Below, piece by piece: positions 50,801 through 60,941 of a stretch of 64,000 bases of DNA; positions within the stretch are counted from its first letter, which is position 1; every line of letters begins with the position of its first letter. The notes under the pieces were generated by a model that had not been told where the DNA came from, did no database searches, and saw nothing but the letters and a program-made list of their open reading frames with translations. Source of the DNA: Balanoglossus misakiensis (lineage: Eukaryota > Animalia > Hemichordata); NCBI GenBank assembly GCA_040954595.2, contig CM082586.2:8401337-8465336 (forward strand). Reading direction: 5' to 3'. Both the position numbers and the translations under genes were made by a program.

Positions 50801-53800
50801 TGTTGTGTAAAAATGACTTGTCCAGTCATGTGTTGCCAGATTTACATGTGGCTACGGGAGCTTCAAATTGTAACAGTCCTTCACGACACCCTATAAAACC
50901 AACATAAACGTAGAGTGCGGGAGCTGATGATATTTACCGTTTCTGCATCCGCGTTCAGAGCTGTGATCACCGTGATAAAGTAGAGTGACAGCGACAAAGT
51001 CACGCCAGTACATACGAAGTAGTGGTCCGTGGTGATTCTGTTAGGAAGTATGACAGTTAACAATGAGTAAGTAACATTTTCAATCAAGACGAAAATACCT
51101 TGAGGTTTTACCAACTGCGGAATAATATTATAGATTCTGAAATAACATCTCGAAGACGTGTCACATAATACCGGTGAGATGACCACTTTCCATAACTTAA
51201 TGCTGTGTTGCATTGCAGAATAGGGATAATATCCCCCTCCCCCAATATATGAATATACTGTGGTTGATATCATAGCACCCGCACGAGGCTTAACTATGCT
51301 GCTGGTTCACCCACCCTTGCCAAATATCATTCTGTACATTATTTAGTTTATTAAGATACCTTCTGAAGCACAGCGCTATGAATGTAAACATGGACAGGAA
51401 TGCAGCTAGAGCAACCAATAGGAGAAGTATTGCCCTCAACGCGTAATCAGGGAAAGGCTGGTGTAAAGATACAAAATGAGAATTAAGATTTATATTAAGA
51501 GTTAACGAACTATTGATACTAATCTCGTGTCATGACGTATGATACATACTGTAGGATGTGTTTTCAAAGCTTATGTACAAGTGTGGCACCTTGAACTTAT
51601 ATGGTATCTCTTTTAGGGAATAACCATTAAATTTCTTCGGGTGGGGTAAGGGGTTTGTGTATGTCAGCATTTTTTCAGTCGCAATATTTATTCTATTGCA
51701 AGTCCACCCTTTTTTTCCTCAAGGCACTGCAGAAGGATTTTTTTCTCTGCACCATCTGTCAAAAATGCCCCCCCCCCTCAGGAAATCAAATGGTCCTCCC
51801 CTTATTTGGAATGTTAACTGAAATGCATCACCGCACAAATGAGAGCAAACGGAAAACTGCCAATCTTAATTTTGTCTTACAGTGGGCATTTTTCCCATAG
51901 TGGTCACCACTGCTACGCTGCCCTCATGGTCACACTTGCACGTAGTAACACCGCTTGCTGTGTTGCTGTCCACCACCCAGCATGCATCGCTTTTCCATAC
52001 CCTGTAGCAATTGGAACATAACACACACACACAATCTCATGACCGAGTAATTGACATGTGAACTTTTGTTTTCGTTGATATACTTTATACGAGGAAGATT
52101 ATCTTAGAAGAATCAAACGGCTGACTCCTTAGCCATGGACTCAACGTTAACAGCGTTAAATACTCTTTATAAACATGATGGTCATGACAACAGACATAAC
52201 CCAATGTCAAAGAACATGTTTGATATACAACTTACTCTGCAGGATTGCCATATACCATGGATAGACACTTGCCGTTATATCCATCCTAAACAGACAGAAC
52301 ACGAGACATGGCGTTATGGTAAAGCCTTAATGAGAACATTTGTGTGAGTTAACCAATCGCATCAAGGGTGTTTCCCCATTGGCCTCGGTTTGAGTTGAAT
52401 TCATGGCCTGTGGGGGCTAGGCTTTATGAAAAGGGTTCATTCTGTCTTGGAAATTAGCATAATATGATCGCATGATATGAAACTGAATGTTGATGTTCTG
52501 AAGAAAAGCCAGCTAACAGTAAGACCGAGAAGGGTAAATTTACCTCCTTGTGGTACAACACAAATGTCAGTGGTTCCTGGAGACTGTTCTGTTGCTCATC
52601 ACCGCCGCCATAAATATTGACTGTGACCACGGGGGTGTTCACTCTCTCTACTGTCTTCGTTGCAGTGATGGAACTTACCCACTGTGCCTTTTGTCTGCCA
52701 AACAACAAATGGGGTGTCCCCCTCCCACGTAAGAAAATTTTGTAAAATATGTAGCTCAAAGTTGCATTTTTATGAACTCAAAAGCAAATTATCTCAAAAT
52801 TTAGGAGGACCAATTTTACTTTTTGCCACTCCACTCAAAGTTAGAAGATTTGGCGTTTATCTTCGTCATGACATCATTTATAAAACTTTTAGTATATAGA
52901 AGATGCAGCACGAAACTATCAGTTATGCGAAATGGTTTAAACGATTATTCTCCTTTATGTATTTACTTTGTTAAATATTATCATCAGTGGGGTTGGGGTG
53001 GCAAGCACTCTGCCCTGGTACACTAGACAAACCAGCAAAAAATGAAATGTGGCGGAGAATGAAGGGGTGGGTGTGGGAGGGGGTGTTCCCCCCCCCCCAC
53101 CACATTAGAAAATTTTGTAAAATAAAGGGCACGAAATTGCAATTTTGTGGACTAAAAAGCAAAAGTTCAGTGGCAAAAGTATGTGACCCCCCCCCCCCCT
53201 TAAACGTTTAAAAAAAACAGGTGACCCCCCCCCCCTTTTGGACTTCAAAATTTAAGTGACCCCCCCCCCTGGATTTTGCCGCCCCCCCCCCCCCGGCCGT
53301 AAAAACTGAACGGCCCTTATCACTTTTGGATCATGACACGTTTGGAGTGCAGAGTGGTAACATTTCATGCGCAGTCCAGTGAGCATGCGTGTAATTTCTG
53401 GCGACAAAAATTTGACAAATCAGAACGTACCCTCGGTTGACGCCTGCCGGAAGTATATTATTGGACGGGTTCTTGTACGCAGTGACAATGACTATGGTGT
53501 TATCTAAGCAATTACAATAAAACCAAACGATAAAATTACGGTATAAAGTTTGGCAACTTCAAAAGATGTCTGGAAAGAAAATGGTGTCTATTATTTGATG
53601 GCAAAATGTCGGCCAACCAGCGAGTGGTCTGTCTTTGAGTAGTATTGGACATGAGTGTATATCGCAAATATACCAAATTTTATCTGACATCAATATAAAA
53701 TTAAAAAAAAATATTTGCTTCATTGTTTCTATTTGCTAAATATAAAATATATAGGCTTGTCTAGGTGAGTGAAATGTAAAGCAAGCAAAATGCCTCTTTA

Positions 53801-56800
53801 CGTTTCAGCATATGAGAATTCTTGGAGCCGTGAGAGAAGTAACTACGGGTTTTTAATTTAGTCACGTCCAAGCTCGGTTAGCTGTACGTTATGATTCCTG
53901 GGAGCAGTGCCGTTTCTGGAAACACGAAGAGAAAAAGCCAAGAATCCCATGAACCGTGTCTGTCGGATGAAATTACCCAAACAGCTGCGTCACAGTTTAT
54001 TTGCTTACCTGTGCCACGTGCAACCAAATTCTCCCGGGGAATTATGACCTTGCTTCCCTTTTCGTCAACTTCGTACCAAATCGATCGTCTCTTTCGTGTT
54101 GACGTCGTTTGGCTCGGAAAGACTTCGTCTTCATCTGTGGATGTCACGATTTTCGCTTCGAAGCCTGAAGAAAGGGTAAGTATTAAAATGAGGACGATAA
54201 TAGGCGCGTACAGTAATTATGACGACAAACAAATTGGCTGGTTCGGAGAGTTCGTGATTAAACTATAAACACTTTCCCAAATATGTCAGAAAGAATTCAT
54301 ATATGACCATGAACGGAAAGAAGTGATTAAGAAAATACAATGCTGTATAAAAGAGACTAAAAGATGTATTCAATGATGGTCTGGCAAATCTGGTTTCACA
54401 AACGATCGATCACTATAAATTATACACCACAATCTGTTTTAGAGAGTTGGTGAAAAAATATACACTGCTTACCTATGTTTTTACTCCCAATTCTAATATC
54501 GTTCCTGACTTGTCTGACATAACGATATACATCTTCGCCAAACAGTTTGAGGGATTTAAACAGTAGGACTGCGCCCGAATTTGGACCACGACTCTGTGAA
54601 CAGCCAGGCGTATTTATAATTAACATATATAAGTGATCTACCTCCGTCGCTTTCATTCATGTGACAATAAAGAAACAGCAGCTGAAAGTTGGGCTTTGGA
54701 ATCGTATCTTGAACTTGTCTTGAAATATATTGCATACGGTCGCCCTGATATCCCCAAACCAAGAAAACACGGTACAAAACTTGGAGCCGTTCTGAATTGC
54801 TTTACATCTCACCTCGTGGATCTGCAACCAAAACGGTTCTTTGTTGGCGTCTAGTAACTCACTGGCCAATTCTACCATTGCCTGCAAAAAGAACGGAAAA
54901 GAATTGTTATATATTAATAAGTTGCAGTCTTTTGTTACTTTTCGTAAACGCGGCAGCGATGGTTGCTTGGTACCAATAATTTCAAACATTCTTTATAAAA
55001 CGGTGGTATCATTCAATGCAATGCAACGATGCGTTAAGCTTCTAATAATCTCGAATATGCTTTTATTTCTGTTTATTAAAAGATTTACCTGGTGGTATAT
55101 CAAGAAAACACTTATTTATGACAATGCCACGATGTGTTGAGTTGTCTTTTTGAAATGTAAACACTTTACCCTGATATATGCTTCCTTGTCGCTGGTCGTT
55201 CCCGGTAATGACAGCGGAGAAAAATTTATGATATCATTCATCAGGCTGGTAGCTAGCAATATATCACCAGCATGTGCCCTTTCTAATGAGGCTATGATGT
55301 TATTAATTGTCTTCGTGGAATGAGACGTGTCGTTGCCCATGGTGATCTGAAATTTGCAAATACTGTTTTTATCTCAGGTCACACGCTGTTAATCATTAAT
55401 GTTGAGACAGGACAGAAGCCTGAGGCTATCATTTGCACGTAGAATGAAAAGTATAAAGGTAATTGAATGTTGACTGTCGCCCCCTTTAGAAATTAATACC
55501 GTTCAAACTAAATCGCCGATTCAAACTATCGATCTGATAGTCAAATGTTTAGGACTTGTGAAAGATACAAAAATACACATTGAAGCACGTTTTGCTTGTT
55601 GCAATATTTTGGTAAAATATTGAGCTTTTTGGTAATCCGCAACCACTGTATGACTTATAGGAGCACCACCTTGAAACATTACTTTTGAAAACTTGACTAC
55701 AGCCTACCGTATCAGCTGCATTTTGAAGTATTTCCGATCTACATTCCGTCGTATAGGGTTCCGACCACTTTCCAAATTCGTCACAGAATCGAGTCATTTT
55801 TCCTGCAAAAGTATTTGTGGCTCAATAACGGGTATCAACGGAGCGTGACAACGTGATTAGGCTGCTCTGTCGATATTGTCAAAACCTAAAACCGTGGAAT
55901 TTGCCTTTCGCTTGTCCCGTGATCAACATGAGTGTCACAGAAATGTCATCAGAAATCATTTGATGATAATTTCTGGATAATTGACAAAGGCACAGTGAGA
56001 GTCAATCATACGCAAGGTACAATGTATACACCTCTGGAACTACAACTATTTCGTGGGCAAATTCGACACATTGCCTAATTGATGTTCGACTCATTGGATG
56101 GTAGATTACGGTCGGTCTACTTTAGTACTGAATCACTTCACGATAACACAACATAGTCGCAAATAACTGATACTGCTGTCTTGATAAGTCGGGCGTATAC
56201 ATTCTGAAGCACAACCATACATTGTCATGCTCTCGGCCAAGAATATTATCGAACATCTCTTTCCTGTCGCTTAACAGAAACAAGGGGCCTAATACACGTA
56301 AGATTAAATACTCGTTTCGCCTACTATAGATATCTATGTATATCTTACCGTTAGAGCCATGTGGACACGGCACCCACTCTGAGCTGCAATTTGACGGCAC
56401 CGTTTTCCAGAAGGTGTTCGTAGTTTGGTCGGTTTCTTCGGGACATTGAATGGACGTTTTGGCGGCTGCGGAAACACAAGGTTTAAGTTGCAATAATTTG
56501 AAGTCACAAATCTTTTTAATGTACCCTATAGATGTCACTATTCAGTTATTTGTACATAATGCATGTCTAGTACACTACCTGAAAATGTGTAAGGCCCCAA
56601 TGTCAGGGAATCTACTTAATAGCAAAAACACTTTCTTACCACCCAAATCGCATTGTCTTTCCAGAAAAGACAAAGGGACGCACACGTTTTCCAGCAAAAC
56701 GAGTTCCTTAGGACACGTGCACCTGTAACTCCCAATCGTATCGGTGCATTCCATTTTAGTCACGTGAGGGGAGCAGATACCTGGGTTCTCTGCACATTCG

Positions 56801-59388
56801 TCTATGTCTGCAAGTGCAATTCAGAGAGAGAACAATTAAAGGGCGACGATCGTCTTATGCGCATGTGTCAAACCAGAGACACTGGTTACGAAAATTGTAT
56901 ACAGTCAATGCCGTAAGGAAGTGAGTGTGCTGTCCTAACAACAGACAAGATGGCGGCGAATACAGTCTGTGGCGGAGATCGGGAAAAGACAGAACATTGG
57001 ATGGAAAGAAGTGACAAAAGTATAATCTACTTATACATTGCGCATGAAATATGAAAGGAAGCGATGACAATCCACTATTTGAATGCGTCGAACGCAACAC
57101 GTGCAGAACATCTGGATTGGACGTTATACGTACACAGGAAATGACGCACATGCGCATATAAGACGATCGCCGGCTTGTAACGCACAAATGTATCAGAAGT
57201 GGCGTATTTCAAGAGACGGCGCTCGCACCTATACTTACTTGTGAATTCTGGGAAGGCAGGAGACCATCTTCCATCGATGCACTTGACCGTGGACCCTTCC
57301 AAACCTGACCGAAAACCACCTTTCTCTGCCCCAATCAGGGAACTCCCATGGGGAAATGTTGAAATGTATTTCCCACCCGGATTAGGCCTGACAGTGCAAG
57401 ATTCTGGAGAAAAAAAATAATATCAAAATTACAGAGATTCCGAAAGAAACTATTAAAATGGATGATCGTGGCTTCAAGCAAAAATCCTATGAATTTAAAC
57501 GTCTTCTTTCCCCATAGTCTGATCACTGTCCCCCTGTGGTCGCCTGCAAGGTGCTATAATTTAGAATATTTCCGCGGAAACCAACTTTTTTGTTCGAAAA
57601 GAGACACTTAGGCCTAACGCACGTTTTGGTGCTTCTTCTGTTGTTGCGATTGACGTTGGTTCTTCGGCTGTGGATGAGGATCCTATCGTGGTTACCTCTT
57701 GTGTTGAAGTGATTTCGACCGTAGTTGAAACTATAACTGAAATAGTCAAACGAGGTGTATTTATTTGACGCATTATAAGGTTATACATTATTCAAGATAA
57801 CTTTTTATCATCGCTGTCATGATATTGAGGTCTTCATGATCCAGCAAAGGTATTTCAGTTGATTTAATTGTTCATCGATTTTAAAGGGGGTATTATATGA
57901 ATGTGTTGGGCTGCAAAAGTCATATTTTGTCAATCACAAACGCAACCAGGCACGCATTTTTCTGCTACCCTTGCAATAAATTGGTGAACAAGGCACCACA
58001 ACACTGATAGACTTGCTACTTGAACGAAGGAATGGACGATCTTGTACTACATGTCCAGTAACGAACGTTGCGCGAATGTTGAATTTTCGCCAAGCAAGAA
58101 AATGGACCCTCATTTGAATGTTATGGCATTCAAGTGTGCATGAGCTGGTACACAGTATCATTCTTTTGGTACAGATCTCTCTGTATCAATATGGCGGAGA
58201 CAAAAACCTAAAGAAATTAAAATGTTCAAACCTGCGGCAGTTTCACACAAAGGTCTGGCTTTCCAGTGATCACCTACGTCATGCCATTTACCATTATCGT
58301 GTTGATAATTCATCAGGACGCATGTGCTGTAGGTATTAGGATCGGGCTGTAGGTCATCCCAGTTACTGACATTGCCAAGGATCTGTCCATCTAACCATCT
58401 GAATTCGGTCAGCGAGTCCGGCACCTATAATAACAAAATAGGTAATGCATGTATTTTATCACTTCATTTCTCAAATCTGATTACAGCACTTGGAACATAC
58501 CTGACGGTGTCTTGTATCAAAAATAATGGAAAAAGGGCAGCGAGAGAGAGACAAATGTTGGAAATTGCTAGTTACTCGTTTAAGGCCGATCCACCACTTC
58601 TTCTTGTTGTCGCGAGGTCTTAATCGATTCACACTGTCAATCTTCTGTTGAGTTTTCATCACAATAAGTTCGGAATTGCGTTGATTGCAGTAACGTTTTG
58701 CTTCGTCATTGGTTTTTTCCTTTCCTTGGAATAGGTAACACATCTGCTCGCTTTCGTCGAGGACCCAGTCATTGGTAGCTGTTGGACATACTGAAACCAA
58801 AATACACCATGCAGGGTTACATAAACGTTATATCTTTTGCAATATGCTTATGTCACACTACAAATAACTGTCCGTTTTCTGGAGTCCACTACCCCATTTA
58901 CAAATTTGCATTCTCATTAAGATTTTCATTGTTCAATTTTCACACCCAACACTTCTTTTGTTTTCTGATGCACCTGGTCCTGCACACATTTCCTACTTTG
59001 AATACCCCATGATTCTCTGTTCATTCCACGTGTGCATCTGATGAAGGGGACTACATGTCCCCGAAAGCTCATGCTGTAGTTTCAACTCGTTGATTTCAAT
59101 GTTTTTTCTCAATATACATGTATCATGTTTGTCGGCCGATGCAGCTATCCCTGGTTCTCCACCTTGATAGACTTCCTTCACTCTCTATCCATAAGTGAAT
59201 CTATTTTGTTTACACTACGTATATCCGCAGAAAAATGTTTCAGCTGAGGGAACGGATTCCGTGATTACATCACGGAGTTGGAAACACGAAAATGATGTTA
59301 GAGTCATACCTGACTTTGCGAATACGTTGTCGTTGGTGGCCGACCAAAACACCAGGGTTATCAAAAACAGGATCAACTCCATAACCAT
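47513..59388 (-). CDS. Adhesion GPCR: SP - C-type lectin - Ser/Thr stalk - degenerate sushi - cbEGF - HormR - GAIN/GPS - 7TM, 25 exons, 1041 aa
   Basis: All 25 exons (listed separately) have GT-AG ends and join in phase without stops (3126 nt). Domain order and motifs are typical of the secretin/adhesion class. Confidence 0.9.
48267..48308 (-). CDS. aGPCR exon 24 (TM7 end)
   Basis: GSICYLGFLATNKV, cag|..|gtaagt. Confidence 0.82.
48879..49002 (-). CDS. aGPCR exon 23 (TM6-TM7)
   Basis: DEFLRICLVVPTFPATWTVG..FGYAYGMASFVL. Confidence 0.86.
49178..49286. repeat. (GAAAA)n microsatellite
   Basis: Seen directly. Confidence 0.97.
49297..49382 (-). CDS. aGPCR exon 22 (TM5 end/ICL3)
   Basis: ISCTLTVYMWFKY..LRYIL, donor TG|GTGGGT. 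Confidence 0.75.
49507..49573 (-). CDS. aGPCR exon 21 (ECL2/TM5)
   Basis: CWVSNSMNLYLVTVTPAAGLAL. Confidence 0.88.
49794..49886 (-). CDS. aGPCR exon 20 (TM4)
   Basis: YALCGWILPLSAVV..DYGSAH. Confidence 0.9.
   Translation of the reverse strand, partial: DVLCLVRMDTATVSCRAFCIDMAERLRLST
50092..50279. mobile_element. Degenerate family A MITE
   Basis: TCACCTATGCAAATTTAGC..TCTAGCCAATCACAGATTTTCAGTGG similarity. Confidence 0.6.
50357..50484 (-). CDS. aGPCR exon 19 (TM3)
   Basis: MMCRIVAIIHHYVLTSCSAWIF. Confidence 0.9.
50938..51037 (-). CDS. aGPCR exon 18 (TM2)
   Basis: ITTDHYFVCTGVTLSLSLYFITVITAL. Confidence 0.85.
51360..51457 (-). CDS. aGPCR exon 17 (TM1)
   Basis: YALRAILLLLVALAAFLSMFTFIALCF. 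Confidence 0.88.
51881..52001 (-). CDS. aGPCR exon 16 (GPS)
   Basis: VWKSDACWVV..TTCKCDHEGSVAVV. Confidence 0.9.
52236..52285 (-). CDS. aGPCR exon 15 (GPS first Cys)
   Basis: DGYNGKCLSMVYGNPA; its phase 0-2 ends are needed to join the neighbouring exons. Confidence 0.8.
52544..52694 (-). CDS. aGPCR exon 14 (GAIN B)
   Basis: ..VNTPVVTVNI..LQEPLTFVLYHKE. Confidence 0.88.
53431..53503 (-). CDS. aGPCR exon 13 (GAIN B)
   Basis: NTIVIVTAYKNPSNNILP. Confidence 0.82.
54009..54164 (-). CDS. aGPCR exon 12 (GAIN B, RKRR site)
   Basis: ..VFPSQTTSTRKRRSIW..KVIIPRENL. Confidence 0.86.
54473..54593 (-). CDS. aGPCR exon 11 (GAIN)
   Basis: SRGPNSGAVLLFKSLKLFG..GSKNI. Confidence 0.86.
54813..54881 (-). 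CDS. aGPCR exon 10 (GAIN A)
   Basis: AMVELASELLDANKEPFWLQIHE. Confidence 0.88.
55170..55346 (-). CDS. aGPCR exon 9 (GAIN A)
   Basis: ..AHAGDILLATSLM.., phase 0-0. Confidence 0.85.
55708..55802 (-). CDS. aGPCR exon 8 (HormR end)
   Basis: GKMTRFCDEFGKWSEPYTTECRS. Confidence 0.9.
56349..56465 (-). CDS. aGPCR exon 7 (HormR)
   Basis: CPEETD..FWKTV..VPCPHGSNG. Confidence 0.9.
56640..56807 (-). CDS. aGPCR exon 6 (calcium-binding EGF)
   Basis: NIDECAENPGIC..CTDTIGSYRCTC..C. Confidence 0.92.
57239..57403 (-). CDS. aGPCR exon 5 (degenerate sushi/CCP)
   Basis: SCTVRPNPGG..LEGSTVKCIDGRWSPAFPEF, phase 1-1. Confidence 0.8.
57623..57736 (-). CDS. aGPCR exon 4 (Ser/Thr-rich stalk)
   Basis: IVSTTVEITSTQEVTTIGSSSTAEEPTSIATTEEAPK, phase 1-1. 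Confidence 0.75.
58232..58424 (-). CDS. aGPCR exon 3 (C-type lectin C-half)
   Basis: FRWLDG..NWDDLQPD..CV..WHD..LCE. Confidence 0.92.
58576..58790 (-). CDS. aGPCR exon 2 (C-type lectin N-half)
   Basis: CPTATNDW..CYLF..EAKRYC..WWIGLKR. Confidence 0.92.
59310..59388 (-). CDS. aGPCR exon 1 (signal peptide)
   Basis: MVMELILFLITLVFWSATNDNVFAKS, donor G|GTATGA phase 1. Confidence 0.8.
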
Positions 59389-59406
59389 CGGAAAATCGCA
59401 CACTCC

Positions 59407-59414
59407 TTTATATA
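59407..59414 (-). promoter_or_regulatory. TATA box candidate of the aGPCR
   Basis: TATATAAA on - strand about 20-25 nt upstream of the two in-frame ATGs. Confidence 0.4.
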
Positions 59415-59837
59415 TCGCAGGTGGCAATCAGGCAATGATACCCTCTCGACGTTAGTTGTTCACGACAAGTGATAGTCAGAGTCGTGGGCAGTGTCGTTGT
59501 TTAAAGATATGCGTCGTGCTGTTCATTTGATGACATAGGTTCCCAATTAGCTATAGAGCAAACTGCTCTCAAGTAATTAAGTGGGGGCCACTGTTCCATT
59601 GTATGACATTCATGTAATTAATATGTGCGCCGGTTCTTCAATCATAATCTTTTTTTCATGCAAGCTATTTTTATTTGTCGAAAGTCTCACGGGAATATTA
59701 ACATTTAATCCAACACAGCGCTAATTATGTTATGGGTTCCAGAAAAAAATCTATAACAAATGATATCTGAATAATCTGTATTAACAGCAAACGAAGTTTC
59801 AACTTCCTATTTTTAATTTCATCCGTGCACCACCCAG

Positions 59838-60167
59838 TTTGAGTGTATAAAAACTGTATAATATATGGCCAGGGTTCGCGCGTGTTCATTTACCATGCAC
59901 TGGCGGATATAGGTCATCGCTTAACGTTTTGAGCAGCAGAAATTGTTTACTGCAGTTCACTGTAGGCTACTTTCAAGGCAATAAATGTATGGGCTTATTA
60001 TTTTCAATTGGTAGTTCTTCGTACACAATGACAATTCTTTGCTTGCGTGCTCAGACACGCATCCCAATTGTTTTCTTACAGACGTTGGCATTTAGTCTTG
60101 TCTAGGACTAAAGTACAGGACCATAGAAATACACCTTACTTGGACAATACCTGGCTACGTGCAGAAT
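59838..60167 (+). repeat. Direct repeat of 45354-46049 (without the inserted element)
   Basis: Long near-identical blocks, e.g. GTAGTTCTTCGTACACAATGACAA..GGACTAAAGTACAGGACCATAGAAATACACC. Confidence 0.88.
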
Positions 60168-60941
60168 TGCATTAACCCTGGTTGGATTTGGAGAGGGGTT
60201 CCCGGAAACCGCAAAAATAGTTAGGGGTTCATAACCCCTTATATGAATAGAAACAGTTGTAGCCATGAAGACTTTTTCAATTAATCTACTAATGTGGCGT
60301 CGAATTTGAAATTTTATTTCAAGCATTACACGGACTGTCCTGTAAAATGGAGGAGAGCTTACCTCGACGAAAATAGGATGGCCGACCTACAGGTCCCCCA
60401 ACAAAGTGACTGCTGCAGTGTTCTTGTCTTCTAATCAAAGCGTAGTCGCAAGGTTTGGCATTTCTCTGGTCAGCTTGGGTGCGTAAACTCGTCGAGAAAG
60501 GTGAGTAAAGTGAGACATATCCTTTGAATTGTCAATGATGTCGCGAACAGGAGATACAAAGTGTATATTGTATAATATTGCTGATTGTGTGATTATAAAT
60601 AGAAAAGTTTCACCTCCTCTTTAAATTGGAGACGAGTAGAAAGCAAACTATACGATGCAAAACTTTCATTACTTTTGATGGTCTTATGAAATGTCAAGGT
60701 TATACCGTCGCAATTCCTGGACAAGAGTTAGGAACCTTGTAAAAGTCAACCAGAATTCACTTCATACTTTCTGAGCGCTTGTGAGTTTTTTCTAAATACC
60801 GGGAGCCCATTTATTTTTCAGTAAACCCAAGAAAAGAGAAGAGCCCAAAAATTAATTCCGTTAAATTTTGTCACTTTTTCAGTCAACATATAATCCTGTC
60901 TGACAGAATATCTCAAAAATGGCTCGGATTGTGATGCTTCT

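Noticed and set aside
53060-53320. Poly-C tracts (G-quadruplex potential)
   Set aside because: Appears to be part of a Harbinger-like MITE end (..AACGGCCCTTA); no independent evidence of function
58975-59309. Frame continuing from the aGPCR signal peptide with three in-frame TAG codons (looked like amber read-through)
   Set aside because: A phase-1 donor at 59310 splices cleanly to exon 2, so this stretch is intron 1
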